From a virus (Duplodnaviria > Caudoviricetes): a stretch of DNA of 36,321 bases. Position 1 is the stretch's first letter. The number at the start of each line of letters is the position of its first letter. The position numbers and the translations under genes were made by a program. The stretch is taken from IMG/VR virus record IMGVR_UViG_3300006169_000028, positions 1 to 36,321 of that record; one strand, given 5' to 3'. Of this stretch, positions 15,068-24,784 are shown one piece after another. The notes below the pieces were generated by a model, which was not told the origin of the DNA, ran no database searches, and saw only the letters and a list, made by a program, of their open reading frames with translations.

Positions 15068-15160
15068 GTTCAATATCTGAACTACCCCCGTTCAATATCT
15101 GAACTACCCCCGTTCGGATTCTGAACGGGTAAGCCACCCGTTCAATATCTGAATGGGTAG
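15068..15160. repeat. Iteron-like repeat array, putative replication origin
   Basis: GTTCAATATCTGAACTACCCCC twice in tandem (22 bp), then GTTCGGATTCTGAAC at 15112 and GTTCAATATCTGAAT at 15140; palindromic cores; AT-rich flank at 15026-15064. Confidence 0.75.
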
Positions 15161-15181
15161 ACAAGTTTACAAGTTTACGCG

Positions 15182-15796
15182 TTATATATCCGTCGGCGGT
15201 AGTTCTTCGGACGTCGGAGCTTCGACGGTTTCTTTTATTTCAATCGTACGATTCGCGGCTTGCGCTTCTCGAACGATCTCATATGAAGCAAAGAATGATT
15301 CCGGATAACGGCGCGTTGAACCGTCGGGCATTATGAAGTCGTACGTAATGATCCAACCGCAATCGCTATATTCCGAAAGTAGCGAATCAAGTTCCGGCGA
15401 TATTTCGAGTGTCCAGTTAGCCGTAGTATTTTCGGTTCCGTCTCCGTTTATCTTTTTTTCGATCGGAACGTTAGCGTCGACGTATTGAAATCGCTTCGGA
15501 AGATCAATAAACGCGCCATTGTCTCGGTAGCAACCCGGCTCGTGGATCACGTTTGCGTCCATTGACTGCGTTACCTTTCGTGTTGTAACTCCAAACTGAA
15601 CAAGCGACCCGATTTCGTAGTTTTCGATCTCGACGTTTTCGATCTCGATAAAGTCGGTAAGTGGCGCGTGATATATGCGATTTGATTTATAGTCGAAATA
15701 AAGCTCTGTAAACTGATTATATGCGAACGCGACGATTGCAAGTGTGAGGATCCAAGATACGAGCCTATTCTCGAAGAATCTAACAAGACGTTTCAT
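15182..15796 (-). CDS. Membrane-anchored hypothetical protein, possible lysis accessory
   Basis: N-terminal TM LVSWILTLAIVAFAY; beta-rich acidic domain with two Cys. Confidence 0.75.
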   Translation of the reverse strand: MKRLVRFFENRLVSWILTLAIVAFAYNQFTELYFDYKSNRIYHAPLTDFIEIENVEIENYEIGSLVQFGVTTRKVTQSMDANVIHEPGCYRDNGAFIDLPKRFQYVDANVPIEKKINGDGTENTTANWTLEISPELDSLLSEYSDCGWIITYDFIMPDGSTRRYPESFFASYEIVREAQAANRTIEIKETVEAPTSEELPPTDI

Positions 15797-15811
15797 AGCT
15801 TCATTATACCG

Positions 15812-16135
15812 CTACTTTTTAGACTTCCCCACGGCCTCGATAGACTTCGCGATAAGCGTCCCCGTGTCAATACCGAAAAGCATTAGGGCCGACGCTACGA
15901 AAAAAATAACGATTTGCGGATCGACGGTTATTCCGAGAATGACCGAAATCGGAAGCATAAAGATTCCGATCGTTGCGGTTAGGTTGTGCAGAAAATCTTT
16001 ATACGAAATCTTTCGCTCATTAAAAAAGTTCGATCCGGCGACGCCGATCGTTACTCCCGAAGCGAAAATCAATAGGGCATACACGAGGGCGACCCGGACG
16101 GTTAGTTCGATCAAGTTCCCGTCGAGTATTTCCAT
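15812..16135 (-). CDS. Three-TM membrane protein, holin-like
   Basis: 107 aa, three hydrophobic segments, basic C-terminus. Confidence 0.7.
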   Translation of the reverse strand: MEILDGNLIELTVRVALVYALLIFASGVTIGVAGSNFFNERKISYKDFLHNLTATIGIFMLPISVILGITVDPQIVIFFVASALMLFGIDTGTLIAKSIEAVGKSKK

Positions 16136-16156
16136 AACGGAAATATTATAACCTGT

Positions 16157-17137
16157 TTAGACCAGTTGCCCGGCGTGTATTTCGAATGAAACTCCAGTGT
16201 TCCCGTTTGATCCGGCCGACGCCCCGGTTCCACCGGCCGCGCCTCCCGTTCCACCGGCAAGATTGAAAGATCCTGTCCACGTTTTAACGTCGTAAACTAC
16301 GATCGCGTTTCCGCCGTTACCACCGGCCCCACCACCGCCGTCGCCGTTTGAACCTGTACCACCAGCGCCACCGTTGCCACCGTTTGATTTAATCGTAAAA
16401 GTACCCGTCCATTTTTTTGCGGCGATAAGTACGAGGCCGCCGGTCGCACCAGAACCACCGCCGCCGCCAAGCGTTGAAGTCGATCCGCCGTTTCCGGTTC
16501 GTTCCCCTCCCGAAGATCCATTCGGGCGAAGCGGTTGTAGTACACCGGTTGAATCAAAATAACCGCCTAGAAGGGCCATAGTACCGAGCGTCGTAACAAG
16601 GGCGCCTAGATTGTTTGCGGCAGCGCCGGCTACGGCTCCGGTTCCTGCTTCACCGGTTCCACCGGTCGCACCGGCCGGGCCAAGTGATCCGGAAACCGGC
16701 GTTGTAGGATTGCCGTCGTCGTTTCCTCCTATCGCTCCGGCTGTATTTTTTAGAAAGCCCGATCCGGATTGAGCGCCGGCCGAACCTCCGTTAATGTTTA
16801 CACCGCCACCCCCTCCGTTATTCGGAGTTCCCCAATCAATCGTTCCGGTTCCTGAAATCTGATTCGCTACATAAATGCGATACCCGTTCGTCGTGAGTGT
16901 CGAGTTTACAACGAGATTGTTGTAATACATATCCCGGGTTAGAGTCGTCGGCGAAGAAATAGTTACGTCCCCGTCGGCCCCGTTTCCAAAGATTCGACGG
17001 ATAAAATGCGGCGATAGTTTACCGTCTGATTCGGTTCGAACTCCCTTCCCGGCGTTTTGCGCGTGATCTGTAAGATCTGCGAGTGCTTCGTTTAGAAAGT
17101 CGTTAGCGTCTGCGTCTTGTCCGTTCGTTAAAGCCAT
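16157..17137 (-). CDS. Glycine-rich tail fibre / receptor-binding protein
   Basis: Repeated GGxGG runs (GGGGGSGATGG, GGNGGAGG) typical of polyglycine-II domains; last gene of the tail cluster. Confidence 0.75.
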   Translation of the reverse strand: MALTNGQDADANDFLNEALADLTDHAQNAGKGVRTESDGKLSPHFIRRIFGNGADGDVTISSPTTLTRDMYYNNLVVNSTLTTNGYRIYVANQISGTGTIDWGTPNNGGGGGVNINGGSAGAQSGSGFLKNTAGAIGGNDDGNPTTPVSGSLGPAGATGGTGEAGTGAVAGAAANNLGALVTTLGTMALLGGYFDSTGVLQPLRPNGSSGGERTGNGGSTSTLGGGGGSGATGGLVLIAAKKWTGTFTIKSNGGNGGAGGTGSNGDGGGGAGGNGGNAIVVYDVKTWTGSFNLAGGTGGAAGGTGASAGSNGNTGVSFEIHAGQLV

Positions 17138-17138
17138 A

Positions 17139-17681
17139 TTACGAGTTTATTATAGTGTATTGAACCGAAACGGCCATTCCTTCGTTTGAAGTTTTAGGCC
17201 AGCCACCCGTTAAGATACGCGAGAAAAGAAGACCGGAGTCGGCCGAAGCTGTTCCGTCGACAAACGTCCCGATTTCCTCATACGTTCCGTTCGTATTCGC
17301 TTTCGTGAAATACCAATCAAGATTCACAACGTTATTCGTGTGAGAGTAGATGTTTTTTGTCTTTCGGTAAACCTCGTTTCCGAGCGCTGTGTCATTTTCT
17401 GAAACGGCCGTGTTGTCGTCGCCAAGCGCGAGATAGTTAATCGTTCCGGAATAAGTTGTATCGTCTCCAGCGATCCGGCCGGCGATCATTGACCGAGCGC
17501 CAATCGTTACAATGTTTTTTATAACCTTTTCGCGAATCGTCGCCGCCTTTATGAGTCGTTCGAATCGCTCCCGATCTTGCTTTTCAATGGCGCGATTTAT
17601 TTCGTGTTCTAGTTGATCGTCGAGCGTGATCGCTCGTAGCGTGTAGATTCCTTCAATCGTTAGCGGTTCGAGAGTTTGCAT
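17139..17681 (-). CDS. Tail-tip protein resembling a tail-fibre N-terminal (collar) domain
   Basis: NIVT...YLALGDD...DTALGNE...EIG...LFSR; paralogous to 29021..29590. Confidence 0.7.
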   Translation of the reverse strand: MQTLEPLTIEGIYTLRAITLDDQLEHEINRAIEKQDRERFERLIKAATIREKVIKNIVTIGARSMIAGRIAGDDTTYSGTINYLALGDDNTAVSENDTALGNEVYRKTKNIYSHTNNVVNLDWYFTKANTNGTYEEIGTFVDGTASADSGLLFSRILTGGWPKTSNEGMAVSVQYTIINS

Positions 17682-17697
17682 ATAGAATATTTTAACA

Positions 17698-19173
17698 TTA
17701 CGTACCCCATTCGGCTTTACCCCACGTAAACGATCCCCATTGAAACGGCGGCGTCGAGTTCGTGCGCGAGGCGCTTTCCTGAATCCCGATCGCTTCGCCG
17801 ACTCCGAATATTTTATTAAAGTCTTCCGTTTCGCCGGGTACGGACTCGTTTTCGTACAACGCTTCTATAAACTCTTTGACTCCGATCAAACGACCGCCAA
17901 AGCGAAGGCTATATTCATATTCGACGTCCGGGGTTTCGTCCGGTTTAGGAAGAATCCGGATAATGACTTCGCGAAGCGGATACGTAGTATCGGTTGAGAT
18001 ACCCCACGTCGGGAAGTTGATCGTTATTAGTTGGCCCTGTCGGAAGATATTTTCCGGATCCGAGAGCAATCCGGAGCGTGTATTTATTTCGCCGATAATA
18101 AGCGGATTCCCGAAATCTTCTACTTCCTGAATCGCGCGATCGAGAGCTTCTTCGCGAGTGGTGATCGTGTCGTCTTCGATAAAATAATCGTGCTCGCCGT
18201 CCCCTCCTTCTAGCGCCGCCATTGCCGCGATTGAAACTTCGCCGCGATATTTAATCAAAATCGGCGTTTCCTCGTAATACTGAACGTTTAGAGTTTCGGC
18301 CGAAGATAGCACGCCCCGGGCCGACGAGTTCCGGACGGATCCGGCCGAAAAGTTCACGATCCAATCGACCGATTCTTCGTCGACTAGGTTCTCGTATCCG
18401 TACGTCGCCGGTGATCCATTGACTGTAAACGAAGCGATTTCTTTCGGCCTCGACTCCATAAAATAGGTTCCCGTACTATCGTCGCCGGTTACTTCATATT
18501 CGACCGTCCCGGCCGATTGTGTCATACCGCCTTCGACCGTGATAACGTTTCGAACCTGTGTCGTATCGCGGTCGATCCTGACTTCGGAAAGGTTTGTCGA
18601 GTTGTCGCTGAATGATTCCGGAGCCGGGTTATTTTCGGTTAGGAAAAAGTGAACGTCTTTATAATAGTCGATATACCACGAATACCCGGTAATCTTCGAG
18701 AGCTTTTTAAAACATTCTTTAAGCGGAATATGACCGAATGAAACGGAAGTAATCGTCGGCCCGGAAGCGACGACGTTCATATACGTTACTCCGTACGAAG
18801 AATCGACGTATCGATCGATAAGATCCCGAACAATATCGCCGAGCGTTTCGTTTTCGTAGGTTATTTGAGCGTTTTTATTATTAAGAATATACGTATAGTC
18901 CGAGACTTCGACTTCGTGAAGAATGTAATCGCCCTTGTTCGTTTCCTCGGGTTCGACTCGCGTTATGTACCCGGCGAAGATTCGCGGTGATCCGGTAATA
19001 TCGGGATCAACGATAATCACCTCCGAAGATTCGTTCGGTTTCGATTGACCGGGCTTTTGCTGAATATTAAAACGCGCGACATTTGCTTCGTCGTTTAGGC
19101 GTTCTGTTATTTCGATCGGGTTTTGTTTTAGTTGCGGAAGAAAGTCATTTCCGCCGATCGTTAGCGTAATCAT
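17698..19173 (-). CDS. Tail tip / baseplate hub protein
   Basis: 491 aa, immediately after the tape measure gene; RIFAGYI, WYIDYYKDVHFF and VRNVITVEGG are hub-like. Confidence 0.75.
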   Translation of the reverse strand: MITLTIGGNDFLPQLKQNPIEITERLNDEANVARFNIQQKPGQSKPNESSEVIIVDPDITGSPRIFAGYITRVEPEETNKGDYILHEVEVSDYTYILNNKNAQITYENETLGDIVRDLIDRYVDSSYGVTYMNVVASGPTITSVSFGHIPLKECFKKLSKITGYSWYIDYYKDVHFFLTENNPAPESFSDNSTNLSEVRIDRDTTQVRNVITVEGGMTQSAGTVEYEVTGDDSTGTYFMESRPKEIASFTVNGSPATYGYENLVDEESVDWIVNFSAGSVRNSSARGVLSSAETLNVQYYEETPILIKYRGEVSIAAMAALEGGDGEHDYFIEDDTITTREEALDRAIQEVEDFGNPLIIGEINTRSGLLSDPENIFRQGQLITINFPTWGISTDTTYPLREVIIRILPKPDETPDVEYEYSLRFGGRLIGVKEFIEALYENESVPGETEDFNKIFGVGEAIGIQESASRTNSTPPFQWGSFTWGKAEWGT

Positions 19174-21101
19174 TATCGAGAGTATTTATTGTTGATCGTA
19201 AGACCTCGGAACTTGCGTTCGATTATCTTGTTGATCCGGCGAATATCCTCGTCGTTGCGGACTTGAACGTTTTCCATAATGAACGTATAGGTATTTCCGC
19301 CCATTCCTGCGGCTCGACCGGCCGGCATAACGTACTCGCCACCGTGCGCGATAATCGGAACTTCGGTTCCCCGGGCGCCGGGAACGAGGCCGCCGAACTC
19401 GAATCGCGGAAGCTGTATTTCTGACACGAGCGGAAGATTTATTCCGAACGACTTTCCACCGATTCCGGGAACCCATTTCGGGATTGAAACTTGAATCTTA
19501 TTAAGCGCGCCGATAATCGTGTTTACGGCCTTGATCCACATATTCGCCACAGTTTCGGCGATACTGATAACAAAGTTTCCCATTGCCGAAAAACCGCTTT
19601 TAAGTGAGTTAAAGGCCGTTGTTCCGGCGATTGCGATATTGTTCCATATCCCGGCGACAAACGTCCCGACGGACGTAAAGATCCCCGTAATGAAGCCGAA
19701 TAGAGCGTTAAGTGCGGCGTTGATCCCGGCGGCGGCCATATCAACCGCCCATTTAATATTGTCCCAGTGCATTTGCCAGTTTCCGACGATATACATTAAC
19801 GAACCGATTATCGCCGTAAGAGCAAGTCCCACGATTCCGATCGTACCGGCAAGCGCGCCGACGGTTACGCCAAGCGCGGCGGCGGTTGTTCCGAGTGATC
19901 CCATTAAAAACAGAACCGGCCCGATTGCCGCGAGTACGCCCAAAAATGCGACGCCAAGATTCAAGATAAACGGATCCGCCTTCCCGATCTCGCGCACGAC
20001 GGCGGTTAGTAGTTTTACGAAGTTTGTAAATGCGTCCAAAAGACCCGATTCGGCAATGGCGAGCGCGAGTTCTTCAAGCGCGCCTTTAAGTTCTTCCATA
20101 GCTCCGGCCAAGCCTTGCATTCTTGCGTCGGCCATATCTTGCGCGGATACGTTCGCGATTGCGGCCGCGAGTTCGTTAAAGCGCTCCGATCCACCTTCGG
20201 CGAGTCCGATCGCCGTACGCATTGCGTCGGTTCCGAAGATCGTCGATAGTGAGTTCGCCTTCTGCGCTTCCGACATACCTTCAAAAGCGTTTTGTAGCTC
20301 TTGCGAAATATCGGCCATTGATTTCATATTCCCTTCGGCGTCGAAAAACTCTAGTCCGAGAGCTTTAATCTCGTCGGCGGCTTTTTCCGAAACCGGGTTT
20401 AAGCGCTGTAAAAATACTTTAAACGACGTACCGGCGTCGGATCCGGACGCGAACAAGTGAGACGTTGAGGCGATTGCCGCGTTAAAATCTTCGAACTCGA
20501 CGCCTAGTCCACCGGCGACGCCTCCGGCTTGTGCAAGTGCGAGACGATAGTCGTCAATATCGAACTTCGAAGCGGCGGTAACTCCGGCGATCCCGTCCAC
20601 AAGTCCGGCGAGATCCTTCGCCTCTTTGTTAAAAGAGAGCATAACGTCGGTCGCAATATCGGCGGCGTTTGAAAGATCGGTTCCCGTCGCGGCGGCCAAA
20701 GCAAGGGAAGAATCGACGGCGCCGTCGAGGATCTGCGTTACAGAAAGACCGTTTTTCGCAAGAACCTCGATCGCGTTTGCGGCTTCCTGCGCGCTGAACA
20801 CTGTCGTCGCTCCGAGTTCTCGGGCGCGATCTTGTAATGCTTGAAACTCGTCGGCCGTAGGCTGTACAAGGGCTTTAATCGCGTTCATTGAAGACTCGAA
20901 GTCCGAAGCAGTTTTCAAAACGGCGGCGCCGGCGGCTACGATCGGAAGCGTAACAAACGTTGACATTGATTGACCGACTTTCTTCATTGAAGCGGCCGAT
21001 CCGAGCATATTACGCTCCACTTGCTGAAATACCGCCGACGCGTCGTCTCGCGCCGTAACCAAGATTTGAAGACTCGAATCGTTATTTGAGAAAAGCGCCA
21101 T
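19173..21101 (-). CDS. Tail tape measure protein (TP901-type core)
   Basis: Ala-rich helical 642 aa; ARELGATTVFSAQEAA, GSDAGTSFK, IFGTDA motifs. Confidence 0.93.
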   Translation of the reverse strand: MALFSNNDSSLQILVTARDDASAVFQQVERNMLGSAASMKKVGQSMSTFVTLPIVAAGAAVLKTASDFESSMNAIKALVQPTADEFQALQDRARELGATTVFSAQEAANAIEVLAKNGLSVTQILDGAVDSSLALAAATGTDLSNAADIATDVMLSFNKEAKDLAGLVDGIAGVTAASKFDIDDYRLALAQAGGVAGGLGVEFEDFNAAIASTSHLFASGSDAGTSFKVFLQRLNPVSEKAADEIKALGLEFFDAEGNMKSMADISQELQNAFEGMSEAQKANSLSTIFGTDAMRTAIGLAEGGSERFNELAAAIANVSAQDMADARMQGLAGAMEELKGALEELALAIAESGLLDAFTNFVKLLTAVVREIGKADPFILNLGVAFLGVLAAIGPVLFLMGSLGTTAAALGVTVGALAGTIGIVGLALTAIIGSLMYIVGNWQMHWDNIKWAVDMAAAGINAALNALFGFITGIFTSVGTFVAGIWNNIAIAGTTAFNSLKSGFSAMGNFVISIAETVANMWIKAVNTIIGALNKIQVSIPKWVPGIGGKSFGINLPLVSEIQLPRFEFGGLVPGARGTEVPIIAHGGEYVMPAGRAAGMGGNTYTFIMENVQVRNDEDIRRINKIIERKFRGLTINNKYSR

Positions 21102-21113
21102 AGTGCTATTGTA

Positions 21114-21358
21114 CTATGTTCGCCGCGAAGTTTGACGACCCCGGGCGCGTGGAATGTGAGTATGTGCGGCCGGTTGAGACGGTTCCGGTTTCTTTTTTGC
21201 GTCGATTTTACGCTTCTCGATTAAGAGATCGATAAACCATTCCGGTTGATCCATAAGCTCCGTATACGTGCATTTTAGATCTTCACACAAAGCGACGATC
21301 ACAAGATCGCCGCGTAGTTTACCGTCTGTCGCATATTTTATTAGTTCGTCTCTTCCTC
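21114..21358 (-). CDS. Tail assembly chaperone, -1 frameshift extension (gpGT-like)
   Basis: The -1 frame is open from the A9 run through RGRDELIKYATDGKLRGDL into ORF 21114..21302. Confidence 0.8.
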
Positions 21359-21679
21359 TTTTTTTTTCGGATTTGTAACGCCTTCGATTTCCTTTACTAC
21401 CACGTCGTAATCCCGGGAATCGAGATCGAGAACCGCATTTACAAGATCGGAAGTCTTATCGTCGACGCGAACGACCAGCGTTTCGATCGCCTTGTCGAGC
21501 GATTTTGTCGTAAGCGCTCCGGATAGTCCGGTGATTTCCTGTTCTTCGCCCTTCATTGAGACGTTCATTTCGTCCAAGTAGACGGATTGAATAGCGCGCT
21601 TTTCGCGACCAGTCATTGACGTTTTAAGCTCGACTTCCTGATTTGACACGGGAAGCGTGAAAGTTTTTGTTTCGCTCAT
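21341..21679 (-). CDS. Tail assembly chaperone (gpG-like)
   Basis: Between the tail tube and tape measure genes; slippery run near the 3' end. Confidence 0.85.
   Translation of the reverse strand: MSETKTFTLPVSNQEVELKTSMTGREKRAIQSVYLDEMNVSMKGEEQEITGLSGALTTKSLDKAIETLVVRVDDKTSDLVNAVLDLDSRDYDVVVKEIEGVTNPKKKEEETN
21359..21368 (-). promoter_or_regulatory. Programmed -1 ribosomal frameshift site
   Basis: CCG AAA AAA AAA GAG contains the X XXY YYZ heptamer A AAA AAA. Confidence 0.8.
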
Positions 21680-21699
21680 AGTTTTATTCGGTTAAGTTA

Positions 21700-22689
21700 T
21701 TAAGAAGCGTAATCGGATCCGTCGTTTTCATTTGTTACGATCGCGGAAATATCTCCGTCGGTCGCGGTAAGCTCGACGCCGAATCCTTGATTCAAGATCA
21801 CTACGCCGTCAATATCGTTTTCGATCGGCGCTTCTTCGAGAACAAGGGCGCCAAGTTCGACGCGGATTTCTTCGTCTTCGGCGACTCCGATTGCGGCTCC
21901 GACAAGTGAAAGGATCGCCGCGTTCTTCGTGTTGTTCTGATATTTCGCGGTTTCGGTTGTATTCTCGAAATGTAGAGAATAAGAACCGGTAATCTCACGG
22001 TTGCCGGCGATCCACGTTTGCGGTTCGTTTGATCCGAACAAGAACGCTTCGTCTTCCTGAACGTTGTTGTTGATCGAAAGCTCGAATGACTTTAGCGGTG
22101 TCGCGCTCTGTCCGTCGGCGTTTGAAATGCTCGTTCCGAACTTCACGCTTGCGTCTTTGTATGCGAACTCGGTTTCTTCGGTATATGACGGGGTTAAAGT
22201 TGTCGTATCCGGGAAGTCGCCCAAGAACTCGGCCGTGAATGTTGCGTAGTCGTCGGAGATTGAGATCGTAAGCGAGTTAAGAACACAGTTTGCGAAACGC
22301 TCCGTTACCACGCCGCCGCGCTTTAGGATAAGAGTTGCGGTTAAAAGCTCCGCGTTATCGTCGAGTGGATCGAACGTATGTTCGTAAACCACAGTTTCGC
22401 CCGAAGCGGTTGCGGTTGTCGGCGCTTTACCCATTACAAGTTGCAAGAGATACGCCGCGACTTCAACGTCAAGAACTCCTTCGAGTGATCCCGAAGAATA
22501 CTTGCGTCGAATATACGAGTCGGAAAAACTTTGTCGTGATCCACGAGCAACGTTTAGTTTTGATTTTTCCGATATAGGTTGAAAAGTTAGAGAAGTCCAC
22601 CGTGGAAAGATAGTAGCGACGACCGGGGTTCCCGGAGTTGCCTCGATTCCGATTCCTACTTGTACTTGACGTCCGATTTGTTTAGCCAT
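21700..22689 (-). CDS. Major tail tube protein
   Basis: 329 aa; VGIGIEATPGT start, YEHTF, FELSINNN, GNREITGS; upstream of the chaperone. Confidence 0.85.
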   Translation of the reverse strand: MAKQIGRQVQVGIGIEATPGTPVVATIFPRWTSLTFQPISEKSKLNVARGSRQSFSDSYIRRKYSSGSLEGVLDVEVAAYLLQLVMGKAPTTATASGETVVYEHTFDPLDDNAELLTATLILKRGGVVTERFANCVLNSLTISISDDYATFTAEFLGDFPDTTTLTPSYTEETEFAYKDASVKFGTSISNADGQSATPLKSFELSINNNVQEDEAFLFGSNEPQTWIAGNREITGSYSLHFENTTETAKYQNNTKNAAILSLVGAAIGVAEDEEIRVELGALVLEEAPIENDIDGVVILNQGFGVELTATDGDISAIVTNENDGSDYAS

Positions 22690-22711
22690 ACGTAGAGTTT
22701 ATTATAAACGA

Positions 22712-22918
22712 TTATTCTTCGTCGTTTGCGGACTTGTTATCCCCACTGTCCGAACCGACCTGTCCGGACTTTCCGGATCCTTTCGCCTCCGTAATATACG
22801 GCCGGGAAAGAATCTCTTTTTGAGCCTCCTTATCTGTCGGAAGCTCTTTTGTCTCGCCGGCGTTGATACCCCATTTAAGAGTAGGGAAGACGACGGTTTT
22901 TGAAGAAGTTACTTTCAT
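22712..22918 (-). CDS. Small hypothetical virion-region protein
   Basis: 68-aa ORF between the tail completion and tube genes. Confidence 0.7.
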   Translation of the reverse strand: MKVTSSKTVVFPTLKWGINAGETKELPTDKEAQKEILSRPYITEAKGSGKSGQVGSDSGDNKSANDEE

Positions 22919-22920
22919 AT

Positions 22921-23421
22921 TTACGCGTTATGTTGCTGTATAAAATGTGCGACGAATCGGACTGTCGCTTCCACGGCGAGCGAGTTTTCGGCCCGACGGT
23001 CGATCGAGATCCCGTAATCCGCACGCGTTACCGTGGCGACGTCGGTTGTGAGATTGTGCTCGTTATCGACGTCGTAGTAGCGCCGGAGAATATCGAGGAT
23101 CGCGGTCGTTTTTAGTCGGAGCGTCTCGTCTTCGCGCCCCTCTATAATATCATAAAGCTGATTAACGCCTTGAAGGTTGAAGTTCTCGATCTTCGCCCGG
23201 TCGCGTATATCCGTAACCACCGTTAAAACGAACTCGATCGCGTGCTCGTCGCGCTGATTGTCGTATTTTCTGACTTCCGTCGCGTCCTTTGAAATAATCA
23301 CGGCCGGCAAGTTTGATTCGGGAATAAGCTCCGGATCGCCGACGTAGAACCCTTTTAGTTCCTTCGGCCCGTGCTGTCGGATCAAGTCGAGATACTTTTT
23401 AATAATCGGATCTTCGTACAT
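22921..23421 (-). CDS. Tail terminator / completion protein
   Basis: Position plus LPAVIIS motif. Confidence 0.7.
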   Translation of the reverse strand: MYEDPIIKKYLDLIRQHGPKELKGFYVGDPELIPESNLPAVIISKDATEVRKYDNQRDEHAIEFVLTVVTDIRDRAKIENFNLQGVNQLYDIIEGREDETLRLKTTAILDILRRYYDVDNEHNLTTDVATVTRADYGISIDRRAENSLAVEATVRFVAHFIQQHNA

Positions 23422-23430
23422 ACGTTTATT

Positions 23431-23886
23431 TTACCTTAGTCCGAGATCGTTTCGAATATAGGTTAAAAGATCTTTTACGATAAGTTCTCGTTGAAGCGGC
23501 CCGAGCTTTAACATTTGTCGGCGCGGTATCTTTAGGCGCGGTTTATTCGACTGATGATACTTGAAATATTCGGCCGTATTGTAGATCACGAATGCGTTCC
23601 GATCGACCTCGGACGTAAAACTGTCTTTCATTAAACCGGTTCGTATAAGCGGCCCTTTATTGCCGTAGCCCTTTCGATCTTTATCGGCGAGTGTATAGGG
23701 TGAGAGCGGCGCCCACTTTTCGCCGACCGCTCCGCCCTTTGTGCTGAATACGTCGTTTTGAAATGTATTTAAAAGTTTTCGAGCTGATCGACCGAACGGA
23801 ACGGAAAAGTCGTCGAGCTTTGCCGTAATACCTCGCAATCGCCTCGAAAGCTGTTGTTCGCCTTCAATGCTGAACGAAAGGTACAT
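23431..23886 (-). CDS. Virion morphogenesis / neck protein (Mu gpG-like)
   Basis: KWAPLSPYT...LIRTGLM...YFKYHQ...IPRRQML; true start probably ATG 23886, 1 nt after the upstream stop. Confidence 0.8.
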   Translation of the reverse strand: MYLSFSIEGEQQLSRRLRGITAKLDDFSVPFGRSARKLLNTFQNDVFSTKGGAVGEKWAPLSPYTLADKDRKGYGNKGPLIRTGLMKDSFTSEVDRNAFVIYNTAEYFKYHQSNKPRLKIPRRQMLKLGPLQRELIVKDLLTYIRNDLGLR

Positions 23887-23887
23887 A

Positions 23888-24784
23888 CTAGAATCGCATA
23901 TCTTTAGTAAAGACTCGCGTGTCGTCGTCGGTTCGACCGTACTTCGGCGCTTCACTTGCACGAGCGACTTGTGTTAGTTCCACGCCGTCGAGATCGTAGA
24001 GTTCCACGTCCCCGGTTCGAATCTTTTTAAGCATTGATCGGGCCTCGCCAAGCATTTTTTCGCCGGCGTCCGAATCCGGGTATTGCTTATAAAGCATTTT
24101 CCCGGCCGCAAGAAGTTCGGTTATGTCGCGTACGTAGTCCGGAATATATGAAAGCGGAAGCGAGTATTTTTTCGCGAGAACGGTTCGAACCTCGGCTTCG
24201 GCGGCGGTTCTATGCTTCTCGATATACGAATCGGTTATATTCGAGTTTTCCGCAAAGCCGGCGGTAACTCGAATATCCCATAACGACACGTATCGGCTCG
24301 ATTCGTCGACTTGTGCGGCTTCGGCTTCCGAAAGGAGCGTCGTTTGACCGGTTACGCTGTTGTAGTAAATCGCTTTGAAATAACTATAATCGTTCCCCGT
24401 ATATTCGAGAACGGATCCGCGAGGATCGTCGACCTGAATATCCTTCGGAGATCCGTCGTCGGTAAGTTCGGTATACGTTCCGTCGAGCGCGTCCGATCCG
24501 TAAAACTTTCGTTTATTGAAACGGAAAAGCTGAACCGGGGTTCCGGCCGGGTGATCGTATTTGAGCGTCGCAACGGTTACGCCTTGATTCCCGGAAATAG
24601 AATCGATTTCGCAAAGTTCGGTCGTTTCCTGTCCTTCATAGCCGACCCGGATAAATAAATCCGCCGAAAATCCGTCGTTATTTTCAAGCGTAAGCGCAAC
24701 GCCTGATCCGGCCGACGCGTCGGAGTCGAGGCGTGATTGTTCGCCGCGAATGTAGTCTTCTGTTGGTGCGATTAAGAGTTTCAT
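23888..24784 (-). CDS. Head-tail adaptor (Mu gp36-like C-terminal domain) with a long N-terminal extension
   Basis: C-terminal YVSLWDIR...AEAEVRTVLAKKYSLPL...ARSMLKKIRTG; about 160-aa beta-rich N-terminal addition. Confidence 0.72.
   Translation of the reverse strand: MKLLIAPTEDYIRGEQSRLDSDASAGSGVALTLENNDGFSADLFIRVGYEGQETTELCEIDSISGNQGVTVATLKYDHPAGTPVQLFRFNKRKFYGSDALDGTYTELTDDGSPKDIQVDDPRGSVLEYTGNDYSYFKAIYYNSVTGQTTLLSEAEAAQVDESSRYVSLWDIRVTAGFAENSNITDSYIEKHRTAAEAEVRTVLAKKYSLPLSYIPDYVRDITELLAAGKMLYKQYPDSDAGEKMLGEARSMLKKIRTGDVELYDLDGVELTQVARASEAPKYGRTDDDTRVFTKDMRF

Noticed and set aside
15068-15160. Possible mini-CRISPR array
   Set aside because: Spacing between cores is only 7-13 nt and two units are identical tandem copies; no unique ~30-nt spacers and no cas genes.
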